From: Clostridia bacterium
GTDB taxonomy: Bacteria; Bacillota; Clostridia; UMGS1840
Direction of reading: 5' to 3'
Length of the DNA: 64,000 bases
NCBI GenBank assembly: GCA_045631485.1
Contig: JAZQUU010000039.1
Location: forward strand, 41,194 to 105,193
Part shown: positions 1 to 7,470 of the stretch, piece after piece
Layout: each line of letters opens with the position of its first letter
Position numbering within the stretch: position 1 is the stretch's first letter
Program-made: the position numbers and the translations under genes
The notes under the pieces: generated by a model
Told to the model about the DNA's origin: nothing
The model's input: only the letters and a program-made list of their open reading frames with translations
Database searches by the model: none

Positions 1-1557
1 GATATCTATAAAGGGGAATACGAAGGCTTATACTGTGTTCCATGCGAATCCTTCTTTACCGAAAGCCAGTTGGTTGACGGAAAATGTCCCGACTGCGGCA
101 GGGAAGTAAAACCCACCAAAGAAGAAGCATATTTCTTTAAAATGTCCAAGTATCAGGATAAACTGATGGAATATATTGAAACCCATCCTGATTTTATTCA
201 GCCCGAATCCCGTAAAAAAGAAATGGTAAACAATTTCTTAAAACCCGGTCTTCAGGATTTATGCGTTTCCAGAACTTCTTTCAAATGGGGTATTCCTGTT
301 GAGTTTGACCCCAATCACGTTATTTACGTTTGGATTGACGCTTTAACCAACTACATCACCGCATTAGGATATGACCAGGAAGATGATACCTTATACAACA
401 AATATTGGCCTTGCGATGTGCATGTGATCGGAAAAGATATTTTAAGATTCCACACCATTTACTGGCCCATTATGTTGATGGCGTTAGGTCAGCCCTTACC
501 CAAACAGATTTTCGGTCATCCCTGGCTGTTATCCGGTAATGATAAAATGTCCAAATCCAAGGGTAATGTGATGTACGCTGATGATTTGGTTCGTCATTTC
601 ACCGTGGATGGTATGAGATATTATCTGTTATCCGAAATGCCTTACGGTAATGATGGTACCATTACTTACGAAAATATTATTGCAAAATTCAACGCAGATT
701 TAGCGAACACTTTAGGAAACTTGGTAAATCGTACCATTGCTATGGTGAACAAATATTTCGGTGCTATTCCCACACCCGGTGAAGAAACTGAGCTGGATAA
801 AGATTTAAAATCCTGCATCGAAAATACCATTGTTGCATATCGTAAGAAAATGGACGAGTATAAAACTGCAGATGCATTGGATGCGATTTTTGAGTTGATT
901 CGCCGTTGCAACAAATATATTGACGAAACTACTCCCTGGGTGTTGGCAAAAGATGATGAAGGCAAAGAACGCTTAAAAACCGTTTTATATAATTTACTGG
1001 AAAGCATCCGTATTATTTCCGTAATTTTAACTCCCTTTATGCCTGATACCGCAAAAGAAATTCAGTGCCAGATTGCTTGCTCCGATGACTCTGTGGAATT
1101 TGGCAAAACCGTTTCTGAAATTACTTTGGAAAATCCCACTCCCATCTTTATGAGAATAGATGAAGAAAAGAAATTAAAAGAAATCGAAGAAGAAATTGCG
1201 GCAAATATTCCCGATGATACCATTCCGATGGCACCCGAAATTGAATTTGATGATTTCACCAAACTGGATTTAAGAATCGCAACCGTTTTAGAATGTGAAG
1301 AAGTAAAAAAATCCGATAAACTGTTACTGTTTAAATTAAAAGTCGGCTCTCAGATAAGAACCGTTGTTTCCGGCATTAAAAAACATTACAAGCCTGAAGA
1401 TTTAATCGGCAAACAAGTTGTTATGGTTTACAACTTAAAACCCGTAAAATTAAAAGGTATTCTTTCTGAAGGTATGATTTTATGTGCGGAAGACGGAGAT
1501 ATTCTGCAGTTATTAAAACCCTTTGAAGAAATTAAAGACGGCTCCAAAATTTACTAA
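1..1557 (+). CDS. metG: Methionine--tRNA ligase, 5'-truncated by the window edge
   Basis: Frame 1 is open from base 1 (DIYKGEYEGLYCVPCESFF...), so the ORF-track start at 70 is an internal TTG. It has a zinc knuckle (CPDCG), a KMSKS loop (DKMSKSKGN) and a C-terminal Trbp111/EMAP-type tRNA-binding domain (LDLRIATVLECEEVKKSDKLL). Confidence 0.95.
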   Translation, partial: DIYKGEYEGLYCVPCESFFTESQLVDGKCPDCGREVKPTKEEAYFFKMSKYQDKLMEYIETHPDFIQPESRKKEMVNNFLKPGLQDLCVSRTSFKWGIPVEFDPNHVIYVWIDALTNYITALGYDQEDDTLYNKYWPCDVHVIGKDILRFHTIYWPIMLMALGQPLPKQIFGHPWLLSGNDKMSKSKGNVMYADDLVRHFTVDGMRYYLLSEMPYGNDGTITYENIIAKFNADLANTLGNLVNRTIAMVNKYFGAIPTPGEETELDKDLKSCIENTIVAYRKKMDEYKTADALDAIFELIRRCNKYIDETTPWVLAKDDEGKERLKTVLYNLLESIRIISVILTPFMPDTAKEIQCQIACSDDSVEFGKTVSEITLENPTPIFMRIDEEKKLKEIEEEIAANIPDDTIPMAPEIEFDDFTKLDLRIATVLECEEVKKSDKLLLFKLKVGSQIRTVVSGIKKHYKPEDLIGKQVVMVYNLKPVKLKGILSEGMILCAEDGDILQLLKPFEEIKDGSKIY

Positions 1558-1570
1558 TTCTTTTGGCATC

Positions 1571-1604
1571 AAAAAAAGTGCAACCATCAGGTTGCACTTT
1601 TTTA
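1571..1604. terminator. Bidirectional rho-independent terminator between metG and a small convergent ORF
   Basis: The hairpin AGTGCAACC-atca-GGTTGCACT (1577-1598) is flanked by an A-run upstream and a T-run downstream. Confidence 0.8.
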
Positions 1605-1790
1605 CATTTTCTCTTTTTTATTTCTTACCTTTGGAACACCAAATTTAATAATCTCTTGATAAGATTCATATTCACTGTCACTGCAGGGCGGTGTTGGTGT
1701 GATACCTGTGCATTCGGTTGAGGAGGACGCATCTGTAAAATCGAAAGAATTAAAATCAAAAGATGCTTTTAGTTTGTTCTTTTTTTCCAT
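1602..1790 (-). CDS. Hypothetical small protein (62 aa) with a Ser/Thr/Cys/Pro-rich centre and a basic C-terminus
   Basis: The ATG at 1790 is preceded by AAGGA at 9-nt spacing. The longer ORF-track start at 1835 lies inside the loop of an upstream palindrome. The gene has its own terminator. I recognise no family. Confidence 0.4.
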   Translation of the reverse strand: MEKKNKLKASFDFNSFDFTDASSSTECTGITPTPPCSDSEYESYQEIIKFGVPKVRNKKEKM

Positions 1791-1822
1791 TTTTAAAATT
1801 CCTTTTTTTCTTTTTAGTATGT

Positions 1823-1845
1823 GTAATACAGCCATGCTGTATTAC
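1823..1845 (-). promoter_or_regulatory. Perfect 10-3-10 palindrome upstream of the small ORF (operator or 5'-UTR hairpin)
   Basis: GTAATACAGC-cat-GCTGTATTAC lies 33-55 nt upstream of the ATG at 1790. Confidence 0.4.
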
Positions 1846-1857
1846 TATATGTGTCAG

Positions 1858-1897
1858 AAAAAAAGAGTTGCCTTTTTTAGAGGCAACTCTTTTTTTG
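1858..1897. terminator. Bidirectional terminator after the DUF4234-like membrane protein gene
   Basis: The hairpin GAGTTGCC-N9-GGCAACTC is flanked by A7 and T8 runs. Confidence 0.8.
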
Positions 1898-1907
1898 GAA
1901 ATTTGTT

Positions 1908-3143
1908 TTATTCAGGTCTTCCAACGATCAAATTGATTTTATTTTGAATCACAATAGATGAAATAAACGGAGAAACTAAACCGAGCACCAGGCAAAGTAC
2001 GTCAATTTTGAATGTTTTACTGTTTTCAACACCATACAATTCAGTAATTTCTGCTGTTTTATATAACCAGAAGATAAAGTAGAGCGGTAAGAAAATACAC
2101 AACAGAAGTTCGCTTACAGGTGATCTTTTTTCGGCATTTTCAACCTTGTTGAGACTTGCGGTAAGTTTATAAATCCAGATTAGGTAGTAAATACCTAAGG
2201 TAATCAAGCTTAAGAAAATAAATTTAGCAATGCTTCGATATTCCTGATCAGAGAATTTAGCCGGAACAAGGATTAAAGCAAACATAATCATGGTAACGGA
2301 ATGGAGAACGGATAAAAATGGTGTGGAGACAAAGTTAATCAATCCGATAATTACTGCAATAACAATTGCAAAAACTCTGGCAGAAACTCTGTTTTGGGTT
2401 TTTTCAGCAATCAGCATGTAGAAAAGTCCATATAAAATAATATTACATAGATTTGCTAAAAATAATCCTAAGAACATAGCTAAGAAGGCTGCGCCTGCCA
2501 TCAGATAGCATGCTATAATACCTGTTTTTTTCTCTTCAGTATTCAGCACATACATAATTAGAAATACATAACCAGCAATTCTAGCAAGTTTTATAATTAA
2601 GCTAAAAATACCAGAAAAGATTGATTTTGTCTTTTCAGAAGACAATTCATCGATTTCTGTTTGAGCGGATTCGATATTTTCATTTGAAGATGAAATGGTG
2701 TAATTTGCAGATGAAATATTATCATTGCAATTTTTGATGTTTTTTTGGATTTTATTAAAATTGGAAGAAGCAGTTGCTACATTATCATGAAATTCTTTAC
2801 ATACTTCGGGAGTTTCACAATAATAAGCACTATATGAATTTCTCGGACAAATCGGTGCTAAAAGGTTCTGAGCGTTGGTTACTTCTGCTTTTGCGGCAGT
2901 TTTTTCTTTTTCGAGGGAAGGGAGCTTCTCTTCATTTTTCGCAATAGTAGCTTCAGCTTCTGTAATAGCTTCCTTATACGAGTCAATATCTTCTTTCAGA
3001 TTCTCAACCTGGCTTGAAATAAAGGATGCATTTTTAAACTGAGAGATTTTGAATAAGTTACCAAACACATTTAGCGCTAAAATTGCACAAAGTATTACTA
3101 CAATGATAGCTGACACGGAAATTTTGTTTTGTTGTTGTTCCAT
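1908..3143 (-). CDS. Multi-pass membrane protein with an N-terminal coiled-coil ectodomain and a DUF4234-like C-terminus
   Basis: An N-terminal TM helix is followed by a ~170-aa heptad-rich region and then more than 8 TM helices. The C-terminus carries two GIYYLIW/FIFWLYK-type motifs typical of DUF4234. The RBS is AGGAGGA. Confidence 0.6.
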   Translation of the reverse strand: MEQQQNKISVSAIIVVILCAILALNVFGNLFKISQFKNASFISSQVENLKEDIDSYKEAITEAEATIAKNEEKLPSLEKEKTAAKAEVTNAQNLLAPICPRNSYSAYYCETPEVCKEFHDNVATASSNFNKIQKNIKNCNDNISSANYTISSSNENIESAQTEIDELSSEKTKSIFSGIFSLIIKLARIAGYVFLIMYVLNTEEKKTGIIACYLMAGAAFLAMFLGLFLANLCNIILYGLFYMLIAEKTQNRVSARVFAIVIAVIIGLINFVSTPFLSVLHSVTMIMFALILVPAKFSDQEYRSIAKFIFLSLITLGIYYLIWIYKLTASLNKVENAEKRSPVSELLLCIFLPLYFIFWLYKTAEITELYGVENSKTFKIDVLCLVLGLVSPFISSIVIQNKINLIVGRPE

Positions 3144-3274
3144 AATTTTCCTCCTAAAAATTAAAGCTCACAGAGCCTTTTTTTTCTTAATTATAACATG
3201 TTGTTCTCGGTAAATCAACAAATAAAGCAAAAAAATGTCCAAAAAAATATGTTTTTTTATTTCTCGGTATTTAA

Positions 3275-3303
3275 TTGACTCGGTGAAGAGTTTGTGTTAC
3301 AAT
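3275..3303 (+). promoter_or_regulatory. Sigma-A type promoter for the purine permease gene
   Basis: TTGACT, a 17-nt spacer, then TACAAT, about 20 nt upstream of the RBS. Confidence 0.55.
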
Positions 3304-3325
3304 AAAAGCAAGGAGGATGATAAAC

Positions 3326-4681
3326 ATGGAAAAATTATTTAAACTAAAAGAACACGGCACTAATATCAAAACTGAAATTATTGCCGGGATTACCACTTTT
3401 TTGGCAATGTCGTACATATTGGCGGTAAATCCGGGGATGTTGGGAATTATTCCCGATGGTCCGGGTCCCGCAGCAATCTTTATGGCAACTGCAATCTCTG
3501 CGGCAATTGCAACAATTTGTATGGCGTTTTTTGCAAACTATCCCGTTGCATTGGCATCCGGTATGGGGTTGAATGCTTTTTTTGCCTATACGGTGTGCAT
3601 GGGGATGGGTTACTCCTATAAAGTGGCATTGACGGCGATATTGATTGAAGGATTTATCTTTATGATTCTCTCCATTTTTAAATTCAGGGAAGAATTAGTA
3701 AATAAAATTCCGAAGAATTTAAAACTCGGTATTACAGCAGGAATTGGCTTATTTATTACCATTATTGCATTAATTAATGCGGGAATTATTGTGAATAATG
3801 ATTCCACCTTAGTGGGATTAGGAAATTTAGGATCCCCTCAGGTTGTTTTAGCAGTTGTTGGCCTTTTGATTATCGGTGTGCTGCATCATTTTAAAGTGAA
3901 GGGCGACATTTTAATCGGTATCTTAGCAACTTGGATATTGGGAATAATTGCAGAATTAGTTGGCTGGTATGTGGTTAACATCGAAGCAGGAGTATATTCT
4001 TTAATTCCTTCTCTTACTTGGAAATCCATTAAAGCAAATTTTGCAGCTCCTGCAATGTTCCAATTTGATTTTGCATTTATTGCTAAGAATTTTATGTCCT
4101 TTGCAGTAGTGATGTTTACCTTTTTATACACGGATATTTTCGATACCGTCGGCACGTTAATCGGTGTTGCTCAAAAAGGAAATTTGTTGGCAAAGGACGG
4201 TTCTCTTCCCAAAGCAGGCGGTGCTTTGATGGCAGATGCTGTCGGCACTATTGCAGGTGCTTGCCTTGGAACTTCCACTGTTACCAGTTATGTAGAATCC
4301 ACTGCCGGTGTTGCAGCAGGCGGCAGAACAGGTTTAACTGCATTAACAACCGGTATTTTATTCTTATTAGCGATTCCTTTTGCTCCTATTTTCTTGGCAA
4401 TTCCGGGATTTGCTACTGCTCCTGCCATGATTTTTGTTGGTCTTCTGATGCTTTCCAGTGTAACTCAGATGGACTTTGACGGCGATATCGCAGATGCTAT
4501 CGGCGGATTTTTAGCAATCACTATGATGCCTTTTGCATATTCCATTGCAACCGGTATTATGTTTGCAGTTGTATCTTGGGTTGTGTTAAAAATCTTAACC
4601 GGCAAAGCAAAAGATATTTCTCCTGTAATGTGGGTATCTTTGGCTCTGTTTGCAATTTATATTTACACATCAATTGCATAA
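3326..4681 (+). CDS. NCS2-family (AzgA/PbuG-type) adenine/guanine/hypoxanthine permease
   Basis: The N-terminus MEKLFKLKEHGTNIKTEIIAGITTFLAMSYILAVNPGML is diagnostic of this family, and there are about 13 TM helices. I place the start at the second ATG, 9 nt after AAGGAGG. Confidence 0.9.
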   Translation: MEKLFKLKEHGTNIKTEIIAGITTFLAMSYILAVNPGMLGIIPDGPGPAAIFMATAISAAIATICMAFFANYPVALASGMGLNAFFAYTVCMGMGYSYKVALTAILIEGFIFMILSIFKFREELVNKIPKNLKLGITAGIGLFITIIALINAGIIVNNDSTLVGLGNLGSPQVVLAVVGLLIIGVLHHFKVKGDILIGILATWILGIIAELVGWYVVNIEAGVYSLIPSLTWKSIKANFAAPAMFQFDFAFIAKNFMSFAVVMFTFLYTDIFDTVGTLIGVAQKGNLLAKDGSLPKAGGALMADAVGTIAGACLGTSTVTSYVESTAGVAAGGRTGLTALTTGILFLLAIPFAPIFLAIPGFATAPAMIFVGLLMLSSVTQMDFDGDIADAIGGFLAITMMPFAYSIATGIMFAVVSWVVLKILTGKAKDISPVMWVSLALFAIYIYTSIA

Positions 4682-4702
4682 TGAAATTGAATATACTAAA
4701 AA

Positions 4703-4736
4703 ATACTCGTAATCTGTTTGGTTACGAGTATTTTTA
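4703..4736 (+). terminator. Rho-independent terminator of the permease gene
   Basis: ATACTCGTAA-N9-TTACGAGTAT followed by T5. Confidence 0.8.
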
Positions 4737-4759
4737 TGTAGAATTTTTGTATTTTATCA

Positions 4760-4788
4760 TTGATTTTTACGGATATCAATGTTATACT
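4760..4788 (+). promoter_or_regulatory. Sigma-A type promoter for the LUD-domain operon
   Basis: TTGATT, a 17-nt spacer, then TATACT. Confidence 0.5.
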
Positions 4789-4823
4789 GTATATGTAAAA
4801 ATATATGTAAGGAAAGTAAATTT

Positions 4824-5435
4824 ATGAAATACGATTTTTCAGCATTAAAAAGTAATTTAGAAGCAAAAGGCTATGTGGTATCTGTATTTGATACCAAAGA
4901 AGCTGCAAAAGATTATTTAAATACTCAAATTGACGGAAAAACCGTTGGGATTGGCGGTTCGGTAACGCTTCGTGAAATGGAGCTTTTGGAAGCGTTAGCT
5001 TCACACAACACCGTTTATTGCCACGATAAAAAGCCTGATAATCTGACCGTTATGGAAACAAGAACCATTGCAAGTCGGTCTGAAATCTATATTAGTTCCG
5101 TGAACGGAATTTCCGAACAAGGAGATATCATCAATATTGATGGAACAGGGAATCGTGTGGCGGCAACCACTTATGGTCCCGAAAAGATTTATCTGGTTAT
5201 CGGCTCCAATAAAGTTGCACCTAATTTTGAATCAGCCTTATTTCGTGCCAGAAATATTGCGGCACCTCTTAACGCTAAACGGTTAAACCGCAACACTCCT
5301 TGTGCAAAAAATGCGGATAAATGCTATAATTGCAATAGTCCCGAACGAATCTGCAGAGCACTTTCTGTTTTCTGGACAAAGCCATACGGCGCCGAATATG
5401 AAATTATTTTAATTGATGAAAAGTTGGGATATTGA
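4824..5435 (+). CDS. LUD-domain (YkgG/LutC-like, DUF162) protein
   Basis: The layout is typical of LUD_dom proteins (GIGGSVTLRE..., SSVNGISEQGDIINIDGTGNRVAA), with a C-terminal Cys cluster (CAKNADKCYNCNSPERIC). The start is the ATG at 4824 after AAGGAAAG. Confidence 0.7.
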   Translation: MKYDFSALKSNLEAKGYVVSVFDTKEAAKDYLNTQIDGKTVGIGGSVTLREMELLEALASHNTVYCHDKKPDNLTVMETRTIASRSEIYISSVNGISEQGDIINIDGTGNRVAATTYGPEKIYLVIGSNKVAPNFESALFRARNIAAPLNAKRLNRNTPCAKNADKCYNCNSPERICRALSVFWTKPYGAEYEIILIDEKLGY

Positions 5436-5436
5436 T

Positions 5437-5649
5437 ATGATAAAGCTTGGAAAATACAGACATTTTAAAGGAAACGAATATGAAGCGCTTTATATCGCAA
5501 AGCATAGTGAAACCATGGAAGAAATGGTGGTTTACCGTGCGTTATACGGTGAATTCGGCATTTGGGTACGCCCATTATCTATGTGGAATGAAACAGTTGT
5601 CCACGAGGGCAGGGAAGTGAAGCGTTTTACCTATATCGGAGAGGAGTAA
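5437..5649 (+). CDS. DUF1653-family small protein
   Basis: The signature YRHFKGNEYEALYIAKHSETMEEMVVYRALYG is the DUF1653 signature. Confidence 0.7.
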   Translation: MIKLGKYRHFKGNEYEALYIAKHSETMEEMVVYRALYGEFGIWVRPLSMWNETVVHEGREVKRFTYIGEE

Positions 5650-5657
5650 GGATAAAA

Positions 5658-5852
5658 ATGAATATTCAAAGAATTAACGAACTTGCAAAAAAATCCCGTG
5701 AAGTCGGTTTAACAGAAGAAGAAAAAGCAGAACAGAAAAAGCTGCGTGACGAATATATCGCAGCATTTCGCGGAAATTTAAAACAAACCTTAGACCAAAC
5801 TTATATTATGGATGAACAAGGCAATAAAACAAAATTAGGAAAGAAATCCTAA
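5658..5852 (+). CDS. UPF0291/DUF896 (YnzC-like) small protein
   Basis: RINELAKKSREVGLTEEEKAEQKKLRDEYI matches the DUF896 pattern. Confidence 0.75.
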   Translation: MNIQRINELAKKSREVGLTEEEKAEQKKLRDEYIAAFRGNLKQTLDQTYIMDEQGNKTKLGKKS

Positions 5853-5877
5853 TATATAGAAAGGATATATAATCGGT

Positions 5878-7434
5878 ATGATCAAAAAACAGCTTTGTTT
5901 TATTCTTACAATTATATATGTATTGATGCTGTTCACAACTCAGCAAATCTTTGCAGAAACGTCTTTGGATGCAATTACATATCATATTGATTTTGTGGAA
6001 ACTCCGCAAAACGGTGCCTTAAAAATTAATGTAATATTCCGAGGTGAAATCGGCAGCGAAACATCCTATGAATTTGATGCGTTCAAAGTAGTTTATGAGT
6101 TTGGAACACATAGGTTGTTAAAAGCAGAATACGAACCTGTTTCGTTGAAAACTCCTTTTCAATCTTCTGTAAATCATCGTATCTCTTTATTTACAGATAT
6201 TTCTGATTTAAATGTTAAAGCGTTTCAAACAAAAGTGTTTTTCTTTGATAAAAATCATGAACTGAAACCTGTTGCAATCACTCCCAACGGTAGCAATGAA
6301 TGGCCAATTATGCAAAATGTTCCTGATTATTATTATGAGGAAGCCGAGCGTGTTACCTCCAATATATATCAACTTTATGACGAAAAATCGGATCACGAAT
6401 TTTTCAGTTTCGGTGTGATAACAGACAGCCATGTGGGCATCAACATCCCCGAAGAAAAATTATTAAAAGAAAGTCTGTTCCACGGGATTTTTGCATTGAA
6501 TTCCGTGGGATTGGATGTTGGTTGTGATTTTATTGCACATCTTGGCGACACTACTTGGGAAAACAATATCGATTCCTACCCAAGCTACACGGGAAGTGTT
6601 TATACCACTGATATATTCCAAACCGCAGCCAACTATTATAATGAAAGTATGATATTAGTCGGAAATCACGATCAAACCAATGATCACAAAAGGCAATGGG
6701 AAGCAATGGGGCAATATAATCAGTTTGAAGAAACCGGTCTAAATGAAAAACGTTCCTATGGTTATACTGATTTTACCGATAAAAAAGTTCGTGTAATCGC
6801 TTTAAATACTTGTGATTATCTAGATGGAACGGGTAGCTATGGAATTTCTTACGAGCAACGAGATTTCTTAATGAAGTCCCTTGATTTGTCTCAAAAAGAA
6901 GATGCCGAAGAATGGAAAATCCTGATTTTATCTCATATCCCGCTTGATTTTTACTACAAAAGCGCTCAATGGAACGATTACGATGTCACCAAAGATATCA
7001 TTGGCATTTTAAAAGCTTATCAGGAAGGTGGTTCTTATACCATCAAAGTAAACAACTTGTGGAAAAAAATTCATAACGATACCATTTCCAAGAAAACTTT
7101 AACCTATAATTATGCAGGCAAAAACCAGGCAAAAATTATTGGAAACATTCACGGGCATTTACATAATGATTGCTATGGCACCTTAGCGTATACCGATATA
7201 GAAGGGGAGAGAACATCAACAGATATTGTGCGAATCTCCACCCCGAATACTGCATTTTACGGTGCTAAAGGAACATCATATCCCAATAACGGTGACTATG
7301 TTGCCGAAGAAATCAGAAAAGTGGCAAACACAGCTAAGGATACTTCAGTCACATTTTATGTCATTGATTTAACCGACGGCATAATTTATTCCTATGCATA
7401 CGGTGCAGGCAATGATAGAGTGATTCCGTATTAA
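5878..7434 (+). CDS. Secreted calcineurin-like metallophosphoesterase with an N-terminal beta-rich domain
   Basis: There is a signal peptide (LMLFTTQQIFA). The metallophosphatase motifs are GVITDSHVG, HLGDT, VGNHD, LSHIPL and GHLHND. Confidence 0.75.
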   Translation: MIKKQLCFILTIIYVLMLFTTQQIFAETSLDAITYHIDFVETPQNGALKINVIFRGEIGSETSYEFDAFKVVYEFGTHRLLKAEYEPVSLKTPFQSSVNHRISLFTDISDLNVKAFQTKVFFFDKNHELKPVAITPNGSNEWPIMQNVPDYYYEEAERVTSNIYQLYDEKSDHEFFSFGVITDSHVGINIPEEKLLKESLFHGIFALNSVGLDVGCDFIAHLGDTTWENNIDSYPSYTGSVYTTDIFQTAANYYNESMILVGNHDQTNDHKRQWEAMGQYNQFEETGLNEKRSYGYTDFTDKKVRVIALNTCDYLDGTGSYGISYEQRDFLMKSLDLSQKEDAEEWKILILSHIPLDFYYKSAQWNDYDVTKDIIGILKAYQEGGSYTIKVNNLWKKIHNDTISKKTLTYNYAGKNQAKIIGNIHGHLHNDCYGTLAYTDIEGERTSTDIVRISTPNTAFYGAKGTSYPNNGDYVAEEIRKVANTAKDTSVTFYVIDLTDGIIYSYAYGAGNDRVIPY

Positions 7435-7470
7435 AAAATAAAATATAATCAATAACAAGGAGGAGCAAAA

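Noticed and set aside
3181-3316. An expected purine riboswitch upstream of the NCS2 purine permease.
   Set aside because: I could not find the conserved purine-riboswitch loop and junction sequences or a three-way junction. Only a plain promoter and RBS are visible.
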